Source: Bacteroidales bacterium (GTDB lineage Bacteria > Bacteroidota > Bacteroidia > Bacteroidales > TTA-H9). From it: a stretch of 64,000 nt of DNA. Numbering within the stretch: the stretch's first letter is position 1; each line of letters starts with the position of its first letter. The position numbers were made by a program, and so were the translations under genes. Below the pieces are notes generated by a model. It was not told the origin of the DNA, searched no databases, and worked only from the letters and a program-made list of their open reading frames with translations. This document shows, in pieces, positions 50,433 through 59,738 of the stretch. The DNA lies in NCBI GenBank assembly GCA_049969475.1, contig JBMFOU010000002.1, positions 72,271 through 136,270 on the forward strand. Reading direction: 5' to 3'.

Positions 50433-53153
50433 TTAATCTTTTTTCCCCAGGTATTGGGTCTCAAAAAATTTGAGGTAACCCTTTATATCCTTATTTTGAT
50501 AAAACACAGCGTAATTGGGTGTAGATATTACGAAGGTATAAAAGGTTTTACCCTGAAGCATAGAAGTAATGTATTCCGAATCGAGAAATTGGTTGCGGTA
50601 ATCCAGGGCCCGAGAGCTCCCCTTGAAAACCCCAATGCTAATCATTTGTAAGGTATCATTGAAAACAATGGTGGAGACATTAAAGGTTTCGAGCCGAAAG
50701 GCACGGTCGTTGAAGTCGGCGATACGGATGCGAAAGGCATTTATATCCACCTGGTTGGAATTAACTAATGCAATAAAGAAATGATCGGCCTTGTTGTCGA
50801 AAGTGTAGGGCAAAGGAGCTTCACCGCCCGTTTTTTCAGACAGACTTGCCGCTTGGGCTAACTCTGGGGAGGTTTTTCCCATTTTGGCCAGCACATCCCG
50901 GGCCAAACGCCCGGCATCAGTAGCCGCATAGAGGGTAGCTACCTTTTGCAGGTTGCTTACCAGCGAATCGTTTCCGGCTACCTTACCCAATGCGAAAGCC
51001 CGCAGAAGCTCAAACTGAGGCAGCAACTTATGGCCTGCAAATCGCATGCGTGCATCCTCTCCGTTCATCACTACCAGATAATATTGCCCTGATTTCCAGG
51101 CATCATAGGTTTCGGCATACAGGGTTGCCGCCAGATTATTTTTCCTTTCAATTTCTTTCCTATACTCCGGATTTCCTAATATCAAGGCATAATCAGTAGT
51201 AGGATACCGGCTCACAATCAGGTTTCTGTAAAAATCGGCCTTTTCTTTATTGCCCAATTTTTCGTTAATGTTTACTAACTGATAACAGCTCATTAGATAA
51301 TAAGGATTGGAAGCTGTGTCAGGAAAGCGCTCGACAAGTGTTTCGAAAGTTTTGGAAGCATTGGGCAAATCGCCCAGCCCTTCGCGGTAAACAAAAGCAG
51401 CATTGAAATAGGCATCCTTCAGACGGGTATTGCTCTCGGCCAGGGCATCTGGGGTTAATGGTAATTTTTGAAGGTAGGTATCGCGCTTGAGCGGATCGGT
51501 CGAAGCCTGCTTGCGGGCAGAAGTATCGCTGGTTGAGGTGTCGTTGCTGGCCTGGGTGTTCTGGGTTTCTGTGCCCCAGTCAGTAAGCTGCTTATTACTT
51601 AGCCTCCACAAATCTTCCAGTTTGCGATTACCCCAACGACGCTTAAATTCGGTAAAGCCCATACTTACGGCCTGAGGATTGTAAAAATACCACCCACCTC
51701 CGGCCCGATTCCCCATAGGCATCATACTACGGTCACCCATCATGCTCATGCCGCTGGCGCCCATAGCCATTTCCGTCTGCCTGAGCCGCTCTTCCTCTTC
51801 CTTTTTCTTGCGCTCTTCCATGACCCGGGCAATAATTCCATCAATAATCTTCAATCGCTCAGCTTCTGGAAGGGCTGCCACACGCTGCAGGCTGTCTTCA
51901 GTTTGAATAACATTTAAATGGTTGACCAGCTCGGTAAGTACCTTGACCTTTTGATTAAGTTTTTGATATTCTGAACTTTCACGAGGAAAAGCCTGCAAAG
52001 CAGTATCGTAATAGGCCTGAGCCTCGAAATAACGAGGCAACTCAAAATATAGATCGGCAAGCTTTAGCGAGCTCTGTACGCGCTGAAAGTCGTTGTTTTT
52101 ACTTTTGGCCACAGAAAGCCTCAGATTTTCAATAGCCTCTGTCTTTCGATTATTTCTCAGATATAGTTCGGCTAGCGCATAATAAATCTGGTCCTGGTAG
52201 TCTTTGTTTTTTTCTTCAGCCAGAAGTCCTTTAAGTAGTTTCTCCACCTTTTCAGCACTGCCGGTATTTGGGTCAAAACAACGGGCCATGCTAATCTGCG
52301 CAGTAAACAACATGTCGTAGCGAGGATTGCGTTTCACTACTTCAGCAAACATCTGGGAGGCAGTCCCCAGCTGACCTGCTTTCCAATACAATTGGCCCAG
52401 AATATAGTAAAGCCTTGCTTTATCGTTCTTCGAACGGTTATATTCTAAGGCTTTTTGCAGTGCTTTGATGGCCTCGGTTGATTGGTCCTGCTTAAGATAA
52501 TAGTCAGCCAGAGTCTTGTAATAAAACAGTAGAAGACTCCGGGGTTGAGGCTGACGCTTCATAACAGCCCTGAATTTATCCAACTCCTGGTCGGCTCGGG
52601 GAAATTGCCCCATCTGATTATTGGTGAGGGCCGTCCAGATGTATATTTCGGGTAGAAGAGGCGAATCTTTATAGCGGTTGACAATAAACTCGAAAGTACG
52701 CCGCGCAGCCGGATATTCCTGCTTGTAAAAATAAGCCTTTCCTATCATCAGGTAACTGTCGTCGATCCAGCGATTATATTCTTTTTTGTTGAAATACATC
52801 GAATTGTTCTGGATCACCTTGCTGGCTTTCTCGATGGCCCGGTCAGCTTTGGGATTAATAGCGGCCAGGTCTTTTTTGCTACCTAACTTAAAAACAGGTA
52901 AAATTTCGGTAAAATTATCTTTTACGTTTTTATCGAGATCGCGAATGGCATCTTTCAGGCTTTCATTTCCATTCCACCAGGTATTGTAGTGTGCGGTCAG
53001 GTTATGATACATCCGCCTGACCATGGTATTCTTTTTATTAGAGCAGGAAGCGATACCACCTAAGAGAGATAGGGCAAGCAGGAGGTATAGTCCGGCGGAA
53101 AGCAGGGTACTTCTTTTCAAGACAAATTTATTTTTCCGGTTTCTGCTAAACAC
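50433..53153 (-). CDS. TPR-repeat periplasmic lipoprotein, PorW/SprE-like (tentative T9SS component)
   Basis: 906 aa with lipobox 'LLGGIASC'. Directly after the Cys comes 'SNKKNTMVRRMYHNLTAHYNTWWNG', a pattern I associate with SprE/PorW N-termini. It has many TPR-like helices and a central 'KKKEEEERLRQ' coil followed by the Met/Gly-rich 'MAMGASGMSMMGDRSMMPMGNRAGGGWYFYNP'. Confidence 0.5.
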   Translation of the reverse strand: MFSRNRKNKFVLKRSTLLSAGLYLLLALSLLGGIASCSNKKNTMVRRMYHNLTAHYNTWWNGNESLKDAIRDLDKNVKDNFTEILPVFKLGSKKDLAAINPKADRAIEKASKVIQNNSMYFNKKEYNRWIDDSYLMIGKAYFYKQEYPAARRTFEFIVNRYKDSPLLPEIYIWTALTNNQMGQFPRADQELDKFRAVMKRQPQPRSLLLFYYKTLADYYLKQDQSTEAIKALQKALEYNRSKNDKARLYYILGQLYWKAGQLGTASQMFAEVVKRNPRYDMLFTAQISMARCFDPNTGSAEKVEKLLKGLLAEEKNKDYQDQIYYALAELYLRNNRKTEAIENLRLSVAKSKNNDFQRVQSSLKLADLYFELPRYFEAQAYYDTALQAFPRESSEYQKLNQKVKVLTELVNHLNVIQTEDSLQRVAALPEAERLKIIDGIIARVMEERKKKEEEERLRQTEMAMGASGMSMMGDRSMMPMGNRAGGGWYFYNPQAVSMGFTEFKRRWGNRKLEDLWRLSNKQLTDWGTETQNTQASNDTSTSDTSARKQASTDPLKRDTYLQKLPLTPDALAESNTRLKDAYFNAAFVYREGLGDLPNASKTFETLVERFPDTASNPYYLMSCYQLVNINEKLGNKEKADFYRNLIVSRYPTTDYALILGNPEYRKEIERKNNLAATLYAETYDAWKSGQYYLVVMNGEDARMRFAGHKLLPQFELLRAFALGKVAGNDSLVSNLQKVATLYAATDAGRLARDVLAKMGKTSPELAQAASLSEKTGGEAPLPYTFDNKADHFFIALVNSNQVDINAFRIRIADFNDRAFRLETFNVSTIVFNDTLQMISIGVFKGSSRALDYRNQFLDSEYITSMLQGKTFYTFVISTPNYAVFYQNKDIKGYLKFFETQYLGKKD

Positions 53154-53252
53154 ATTAATTAACTCAGGTGATGCAAAAATATTTCATTTTCCCTTACCCA
53201 TCATGCACATCGAAGAAGCTATATTCTACCTGATGAATGCCGGATAATTGTG

Positions 53253-53260
53253 TAAATTTG
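53253..53260 (+). promoter_or_regulatory. -7 promoter box (TAAATTTG) for the M23 peptidase gene
   Basis: taaatttg lies 45 nt upstream of GTG 53306. It is bracketed by the 9-bp inverted repeat ATGCCGGAT (53237-53245) / ATCCGGCAT (53280-53288). Confidence 0.4.
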
Positions 53261-53305
53261 CAACCTTCTGTGCTGGGTCATCCGGCATAAACAATTTCTA
53301 TCCAA

Positions 53306-54184
53306 GTGGCGCAACTCAAGGAATTAAAATCCATACTATTCCGCAATCTGAGGGCCAAATACCGCCTGGTAATACAAGACTCGGAAACCTTTGAGGAGAA
53401 ACTGGTCATTCGGCTCTCGCGCCTCAATGTTATTGTCTATTTGGGAACACTCATTATCATCCTCATTTTTGGTACTACGTACTTAATCGCTTTCACTTCC
53501 CTCAAGGAATTTATTCCCGGTTACAGCAATCCGGGCCTGGCCTTCCAGGCCTTCTCGCTGGCAAGGCGGGTTGACTCGCTCGAGCAGGAAATGGCCCGAA
53601 GAGATGCTTTCATTGGCAATATCAGAAACGTCATCGTAGGAGATCTTCCTGCTCAAACAGGTAAAGACACTACTATAGTCAAAAAAGACTATTCCAGGTT
53701 GAAAGATGAAAAAATACCGGAAGACAGCCTATTACGGCAGGAAGTAGAGAGCCGGGGAAAATATGCGTTGGCCCCGGGTTCACGAGAAACGCATGCATTG
53801 AGTACAACCATAGCTTCGCTCAACTTCTATCCTCCGGTAAAGGGATATATCACTTCCCGATTCGAACCTGCACGGGGGCATTTCGGCCTCGATATAGCCG
53901 TAGGAGAAGGAGAACCTGTCAAAGCAGTACTTGACGGTACGGTAATTCTTGCAGGATGGAACCTAGCCACTGGTTATACCATTACCCTGCAACATGGTTC
54001 CAATCTGGTGTCGGCTTATATGCACAATTCGTTGCTTTTGAAGAAACAGGGCGACCGCGTAAGGGCCGGAGAGCCTATTGCCATTGCTGGCAACACGGGC
54101 TCACTATCCACAGGTATTCACCTGCATTTAGAACTCTGGTACAACGGCACCGCCATCGACCCCGAAAAATACATTCATTTCTGA
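53306..54184 (+). CDS. M23-family (LytM-type) metallopeptidase with N-terminal TM anchor
   Basis: 292 aa, GTG start. 'HFGLDIA...GEPV.AV.DGTV', 'HGSNLVSAYMHNS' and 'GNTGSLSTGIHLHLELW.NG..IDP' are the HxxxD/HxH M23 motifs. Confidence 0.88.
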   Translation: MAQLKELKSILFRNLRAKYRLVIQDSETFEEKLVIRLSRLNVIVYLGTLIIILIFGTTYLIAFTSLKEFIPGYSNPGLAFQAFSLARRVDSLEQEMARRDAFIGNIRNVIVGDLPAQTGKDTTIVKKDYSRLKDEKIPEDSLLRQEVESRGKYALAPGSRETHALSTTIASLNFYPPVKGYITSRFEPARGHFGLDIAVGEGEPVKAVLDGTVILAGWNLATGYTITLQHGSNLVSAYMHNSLLLKKQGDRVRAGEPIAIAGNTGSLSTGIHLHLELWYNGTAIDPEKYIHF

Positions 54185-54188
54185 ACCG

Positions 54189-55343
54189 ATGAGAAAACGG
54201 CTGGCAATCCTGGGATCGACAGGCAGCATCGGGCAGCAAAGCCTCGATGTGGTGAGGCATCATCCGGAACATTTTTCGGTAGATGTGCTTGCAGCTAATA
54301 ATTGCAGTGATTTATTGATAAAGCAAGCCCTGGAATTTCGCCCCCAGGTGGTGGCCATAGCCAACGAGGCCCATTACGACCGACTTAAAGAATCGCTGGG
54401 AAGCACCGGCATAGAGTTGGTAGCAGGCGACCAGGCTCTGGCCAGCACATGTACCCTGCCCGAAACCGACATGGTAGTGGCTGCCATTGTTGGATTTGCC
54501 GGACTGCGCTCGGTAATACATGCCCTCGAAGCTGGTAAACATATTGCCCTGGCCAATAAAGAAACCCTGGTAGTGGCAGGTGAATGGGTCATGCAAAAGG
54601 CCAAAACCCTTCGGGTGGATATTCTACCTATCGATAGCGAGCATTCTGCCATTTTTCAGTGCCTCGAAGGAGAAAAGCTCAATCCGGTGGAAAAAATTAT
54701 CCTCACCGGCAGTGGAGGGCCTTTCAGGGGAATGACCCACGAATTACTAAAAAACGTAAGTCCGGCCGATGCCCTACGCCATCCCACCTGGAGCATGGGA
54801 CCCAAAATCAGCATCGACTCGGCCAGCCTTATGAATAAAGGGCTGGAAGTAATCGAAGCCAAATTTCTCTTTAACCTCGATCCCTCACAAATTGAAGTAA
54901 TTATTCATCCGCAAAGCATCATTCATAGCCTGGTACAGTTTTCTGATGGTTCCCTTAAAGCGCAGATGGGGTTGCCTGATATGCGATTGCCTATCCAGTA
55001 CGCTCTTTCCTATCCTCACAGGCTCCCCTCTTCCTTCCCACGTTTCGATTTTATGCGTTTCCCTACCCTCACCTTCGAAAAACCCGATACCCTCACATTC
55101 CGGAGCCTGACCCTGGCTTTTCAAGCCCTGCGCAAAGGTGGCAATATGCCTTGTATACTCAATGCAGCCAACGAAACCGCCGTTCATGCCTTTCTCAATC
55201 ACCTAATACCCTTCCTACAAATTCCAACCCTTATTGAAAAGTGCATGGAAAAACTACCTTTCATAGCATCCCCTTCCCTTTCTGACCTCTTTGAAACTGA
55301 CCGACTGACCCGCGAGTTTGCCAACCACCTCATTCAAACTTAG
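54189..55343 (+). CDS. dxr: 1-deoxy-D-xylulose-5-phosphate reductoisomerase
   Basis: 384 aa. 'LAILGSTGSIGQQSLDV', 'ALANKETLV', 'ILPIDSEHSAIFQCL', 'LTGSGGPFR' and 'HPTWSMGPKISIDSA.LMNKGLEVIEA' are Dxr motifs. Confidence 0.95.
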   Translation: MRKRLAILGSTGSIGQQSLDVVRHHPEHFSVDVLAANNCSDLLIKQALEFRPQVVAIANEAHYDRLKESLGSTGIELVAGDQALASTCTLPETDMVVAAIVGFAGLRSVIHALEAGKHIALANKETLVVAGEWVMQKAKTLRVDILPIDSEHSAIFQCLEGEKLNPVEKIILTGSGGPFRGMTHELLKNVSPADALRHPTWSMGPKISIDSASLMNKGLEVIEAKFLFNLDPSQIEVIIHPQSIIHSLVQFSDGSLKAQMGLPDMRLPIQYALSYPHRLPSSFPRFDFMRFPTLTFEKPDTLTFRSLTLAFQALRKGGNMPCILNAANETAVHAFLNHLIPFLQIPTLIEKCMEKLPFIASPSLSDLFETDRLTREFANHLIQT

Positions 55344-55388
55344 CGGTACGAAAATTGTTATGCTAATCCGAAAATTTCGCAAAAACTT

Positions 55389-56702
55389 ATGAATACACTC
55401 ATCATGATTGGCCAGCTCATCCTTGGACTTAGCATTTTGGTGCTGCTTCACGAGCTGGGACACTTCCTTGCTGCCCGGGCTTTCAAAATCAGGGTCGAAA
55501 AATTTTATCTGTTTTTTGATGCATGGAATGTTAAACTTTTTAGCTTCAAAAAGGGCGAAACAGAATATGGTATAGGTTGGCTTCCCCTGGGAGGCTATGT
55601 CAAAATAGCAGGGATGATCGACGAATCGCTCGATAAAAGCCAGCTAGACCGCGAACCCCAACCCTGGGAATTCCGTTCCAAGCCTGCCTGGCAAAGGCTT
55701 ATTGTAATGGTAGCCGGCGTGGTGGTCAACCTGTTGTTGGGCATCATCATTTTCTCTTTTATCCTTTTTCACTACGAAAAAAATTATCTTCCAGTATCTG
55801 AAGTCAACAAGAATGGCATTTATGCCACAGCCACGGGTCAGCAATTAGGTTTTGTAACGGGCGATAAAATCGTATCGATTAATGGAAAACCGGTGGAGCG
55901 CTTTAAAGATGCCCAGTCTGTAAAACTTCTTTTCGGAAGCAAGATGGAGGTCGAGAGAAATGGAAAAATTATATCCATAGTTATTCCTCCAAATGCCTAC
56001 AAACAGGAAGTCAAGGCACTGCGCTTACGGTTTATCGAACCACTCAATTATACTTTTACACTCGATAGTGTTTTGCCCCAACTTCCGGCAAGTCAGGCGG
56101 GTTTGCAAAAAGGTGATCGCATTCTGGCCATTGATTCATTACCCGTTAATTCCTATGGACAGTTTAAAGAGATGATCACAGCGTCTCCGGGTAAATCTCT
56201 TGGCCTAACCGTCTTGCGGGGCCAGGATACACTTCAAACCCAACTAACTGTAGATTCAGCCGGAGTAATTGGCATACTGGCATCTATACCTTATACCGAG
56301 CGACATTATACCGCCTGGCAGGCAATGGCTTATGGCTTCTCCGACGCTATTGACATGCTTTACATTAACATTAAAGGCCTGGGCAAAGTGCTAAGCGGAG
56401 AAGAGAAAGCTACCGAGAGCATTCAGGGCCCCATTGGTATTGCCCGCATTTACGGAGCTGAGTGGATATGGTCGAAGTTCTGGTATATCACAGGATTACT
56501 TTCGCTGGTTCTCGCTTTCATGAATATCCTTCCCATCCCGGCCCTCGACGGGGGACATGTTCTCTTTCTCCTGGTTGAAATCATTACCCGACGCAAACCC
56601 AGCGACAAGTTTCTGGAATACGCTCAAATTGCAGGCATGGTCATTCTGCTGGCCATCATGGCTTTTGCGATTGGAAATGATATCGTTAAATTGTTTAAAT
56701 AA
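55389..56702 (+). CDS. rseP: RIP site-2 metalloprotease RseP
   Basis: 437 aa. 'LLHELGHFLAAR' (HExxH), PDZ region 'GDKIVSINGKPV' / 'GDRILAIDSLPV', and C-terminal 'NILPIPALDGGH'. Confidence 0.92.
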   Translation: MNTLIMIGQLILGLSILVLLHELGHFLAARAFKIRVEKFYLFFDAWNVKLFSFKKGETEYGIGWLPLGGYVKIAGMIDESLDKSQLDREPQPWEFRSKPAWQRLIVMVAGVVVNLLLGIIIFSFILFHYEKNYLPVSEVNKNGIYATATGQQLGFVTGDKIVSINGKPVERFKDAQSVKLLFGSKMEVERNGKIISIVIPPNAYKQEVKALRLRFIEPLNYTFTLDSVLPQLPASQAGLQKGDRILAIDSLPVNSYGQFKEMITASPGKSLGLTVLRGQDTLQTQLTVDSAGVIGILASIPYTERHYTAWQAMAYGFSDAIDMLYINIKGLGKVLSGEEKATESIQGPIGIARIYGAEWIWSKFWYITGLLSLVLAFMNILPIPALDGGHVLFLLVEIITRRKPSDKFLEYAQIAGMVILLAIMAFAIGNDIVKLFK

Positions 56703-56710
56703 TTCGATTC

Positions 56711-57535
56711 ATGATTACTTTTCCGGCATACAATACTGATAATCAAAGAATAGCCTCAATTATACAAGCAAGTGAAGAGCTTGCCAGAAAAAACGTTGAC
56801 AACAAAGATCTCATACGTAGCCTGTTACAATTTATAGATCTCACTTCTCTCAATGGTAATGACACCCGCGCCTCCATCGATAAGCTTTGCGACCTGGCCC
56901 TAAGAATTCCTTCAGGGGTGGCGGCCCTATGTGTCTATCCTCCTTTCGCTGGGCAGGTACGCAACCGATTAAAAGGCACTGGGATAAAAACAGCAGCCGT
57001 AGCCGGGGCCTTTCCTTCAGGACAAAGTCCCATTGAAATAAAAACAGCAGAGGTAGCCTGGACTGTAGCCCAGGGTGCACAAGAAATTGATATGGTGATT
57101 AGCCGCGGGAAAATGCTGGAGGGTGATTATGAAGTCGTCGGAGCCGAAATTAAAGCCATAAAAGCGGCTTGCGCAGAGGCGCACCTAAAGGTAATTCTTG
57201 AGACGGGTGAACTCGAAAGCCCAGCTATTATTAGAAAAGCCTCAGAAATTGCCTTGCTTTCGGGCGGAAATTTCATAAAAACCAGTACGGGAAAAATCAA
57301 CCCTGCTGCCACACCCGAAGCTGCGGTGGTCATGTGCGAAACCCTCCGCGACTACTATCAGATGACCGGTATAAAAGCCGGGTTTAAACCGGCCGGTGGC
57401 ATTCAGACTCCTCAGCAGGCCCTGGTGTATTACTATATTGTAGAAACCGTATTGGGCAAAGAATGGCTCACCCCTGAACTTTTTCGTATAGGAGCCAGCC
57501 GCCTGGTGAACAATTTACTTGAAACTACTAATTAA
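56711..57535 (+). CDS. deoC: deoxyribose-phosphate aldolase (long form)
   Basis: 274 aa. 'IDLTSLNG.DT', 'AALCVYP', 'EIDMVI' and the Schiff-base lysine region 'GNFIKTSTGK', followed by 'GFKPAGGI'. Confidence 0.85.
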   Translation: MITFPAYNTDNQRIASIIQASEELARKNVDNKDLIRSLLQFIDLTSLNGNDTRASIDKLCDLALRIPSGVAALCVYPPFAGQVRNRLKGTGIKTAAVAGAFPSGQSPIEIKTAEVAWTVAQGAQEIDMVISRGKMLEGDYEVVGAEIKAIKAACAEAHLKVILETGELESPAIIRKASEIALLSGGNFIKTSTGKINPAATPEAAVVMCETLRDYYQMTGIKAGFKPAGGIQTPQQALVYYYIVETVLGKEWLTPELFRIGASRLVNNLLETTN

Positions 57536-57593
57536 ATCTGGGGCAAGAAAAATTTTTAAGTCAGAAGTCATTCATAACTACTGAAGTGAATTT

Positions 57594-57636
57594 AACCCTG
57601 GGCTAACGTATGAGTAGCGCGGGGTTTTTTATTTTT
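57594..57636 (+). terminator. intrinsic terminator after deoC
   Basis: 12-position stem aaccctgggcta (57594-57605) / tagcgcggggtt (57615-57626) with one mismatch, one G-U pair and a 9-nt loop, followed by ttttatttttg. Confidence 0.65.
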
Positions 57637-57658
57637 GAGCGTCCAATAATCACCAATT

Positions 57659-58153
57659 ATGGCTTCGATGCGCAAAATTGTTACCTTTCTTCTTAATGCC
57701 CTACAAATAGATCTGGTGGCTGTAGGAGTTATCGTCTTTATGCCTCAAATCGTAAAGACCACTGGCCTTCCCGTCTATCTAATGGAGCCCATGCGGGTGC
57801 TTACACTCATTGCCCTGGCTCATACCGGAAAAATAAATGCCCTGGTGCTGGCTATTGGACTTCCCTTATTGGGTTTCTTTTCAGAAGGGCATCCTGCTGA
57901 AATCAAGGCAGGAATAATGGCAACCGAATTGACAATCAACGTACTGATATTCTATGCCTTGTATTCTCGCATTCCGGCCATTTGGGCCTTGCCCCTGGCC
58001 ATTATTGTAGCCAAGGGGATCTATTACCTTCTTAAATGGGCCGCTGTTTCCATCGCTCTACTCCCCCCACCGATCATGGCTACCCCTATCTCTTATCAAC
58101 TGGCAGTTTTAGTGATTATGAGCCTATATGTTTGGTGGTATCTTAAAAAATAA
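57659..58153 (+). CDS. polytopic membrane protein, function unknown
   Basis: 164 aa with 5-6 predicted TM helices and no motif I recognise. Confidence 0.4.
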   Translation: MASMRKIVTFLLNALQIDLVAVGVIVFMPQIVKTTGLPVYLMEPMRVLTLIALAHTGKINALVLAIGLPLLGFFSEGHPAEIKAGIMATELTINVLIFYALYSRIPAIWALPLAIIVAKGIYYLLKWAAVSIALLPPPIMATPISYQLAVLVIMSLYVWWYLKK

Positions 58154-58603
58154 GCAAGGAACACCTTAAGTGAGGATAAACCGATAATTATTGTTCACTA
58201 AGAATAATAAGCATTGTTGAGCTCCTTGCCCTCCTTATACTGGGAGTAAATTTTGAAGAAGACACACGGCCCAGCAGCCATGATGCCAGAGAAGCTTTCA
58301 TTGAAATTCAGCTTTGCACAGATAATCTAACAAAAAGTTTTAATACGGCTAAACTGGGAAAATTAGGGCTGACCCTTTCGACTATAGCAGAGTCACCATT
58401 TGCTAGTACTGCCAGTTAGTTAATAGAAAAGTCCCAAGTGCCCTGGCAAGAGGTAACACCCTCAAGGGTTCCCGAACAGCCTAGTTTCGACAATACATGG
58501 CAGGTTTCGGGCCTGGGGTAACGAATAAATAAAATCAGATGAGATGATTATAATGCCAACCAGCTTGCCAATTAAGCGGTTTTACGCCGGTGGCAACAAA
58601 TTT

Positions 58604-59005
58604 TTAGCGATTTTCAATATCAGATGCAGCCGCCGGGCTTGCCTGGAGTGAATCGGGCGAAGCCTGAAGAACATTGATCCGGTGAATCAATTCATCGTAA
58701 ATCTTATCGAGTACCTGCGGACGGGCTGCATACCATTCCATGCTTTGCTCAAACTGCTCACGGGTTATCTTATGGCTGGCAAAAACGGAATCGTACAATC
58801 GAGTGGCAAGGACCTTGGGTTCATCGCCCTGAGCTCTCCGGATAGCAAACCACCCATCAGCCAGGTGAAGATCGAAGAGGAGATTGGTAAATTCCTCACG
58901 GTTGAGTATTCCGGGAGGAGAAGGTTCTTTAGCGGGGTTTTTGCAACCTGCCGTCCACAGAATTCCTGCCAATAGTACCAAAAAAACTCTACGTCGAAGA
59001 CTCAC
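58604..59005 (-). CDS. small lipoprotein (DUF4296-like), function unknown
   Basis: 133 aa with lipobox 'ILWTAGC'. 'FTNLLFDLHLADG' and 'FEQSMEWYAARP' resemble DUF4296 as I recall it. The start overlaps the skp stop (4 nt). Confidence 0.45.
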   Translation of the reverse strand: MSLRRRVFLVLLAGILWTAGCKNPAKEPSPPGILNREEFTNLLFDLHLADGWFAIRRAQGDEPKVLATRLYDSVFASHKITREQFEQSMEWYAARPQVLDKIYDELIHRINVLQASPDSLQASPAAASDIENR

Positions 59006-59619
59006 TTTCCGGCTTTTGATTTAGTCTTGCTGGCAGCGGCCTTGTATTCCTTATTCAAAATTTCAAGCACCTCAGGGGTGATATCAAGATTGGGCTGGGT
59101 GTAAAAAATATTTCCATTCTTATTGTAGCCAAAAATATAGTCGAAGTGAAGGTCTTTATTGAAGCGCTTCAACATGCTGGTAACCGTATCGATCAGAATA
59201 TTGTTGATGTTGGCCTCATCCATGGCCAGTTCCTGCTGATAACGATCTTTCAGTTCCATAATGGCCTGTTGCTTTTGCATTAACTGCGCATAGATTTCTT
59301 GTGCACTCTTTTCAGAAAGAGCATTCTTTTTCACACTTTCCTGAAAATAGGACACTTCCTGGTCGAGCTCGCGCTGACGGCGTGTGATGTCAGCATCAAA
59401 CTTTTTGGCTTTTTCAGCCAACTCATCAGCTTTTGCCTTCACAAAATCGTAATGGGCCAGGATAGAATCAGTATGTATGTAAGCAATCCTATGTCCGGTA
59501 GTGGTGTCAGTTTTCCCCTGCATGGCTAAATGCCTGCCGGCAGGTTGAAAAATCCAGAAAAGGAGCATTCCAATGAATGCAAGAGCACTGAGAACTAAAC
59601 TAATGTTGCTTTTAGTCAT
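59002..59619 (-). CDS. skp: OmpH/Skp-family periplasmic chaperone
   Basis: 205 aa with an N-terminal TM/signal helix. 'IAYIHTDSIL..Y' is followed by a long coiled-coil rich in Q/E/K ('ELDQEVSYFQESVKKNALSEKSAQEIYAQLMQKQQAIMELKDRYQQEL'). Confidence 0.75.
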   Translation of the reverse strand: MTKSNISLVLSALAFIGMLLFWIFQPAGRHLAMQGKTDTTTGHRIAYIHTDSILAHYDFVKAKADELAEKAKKFDADITRRQRELDQEVSYFQESVKKNALSEKSAQEIYAQLMQKQQAIMELKDRYQQELAMDEANINNILIDTVTSMLKRFNKDLHFDYIFGYNKNGNIFYTQPNLDITPEVLEILNKEYKAAASKTKSKAGK

Positions 59620-59662
59620 TATAAAACAAGATTAAGATATTAACTAACGATGATTCAATGGG

Positions 59663-59670
59663 CAAAGTTA
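59663..59670 (-). promoter_or_regulatory. -7 promoter box (TAACTTTG) for skp
   Basis: Plus-strand caaagtta is TAACTTTG on the minus strand. It lies 43 nt upstream of ATG 59619. Confidence 0.45.
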
Positions 59671-59738
59671 AAAAAATAAAGCTGCCACTCCAGCTCACGC
59701 CAAGGGGCAGCCACAAATAATCAAGTGGGGGCACCTTT

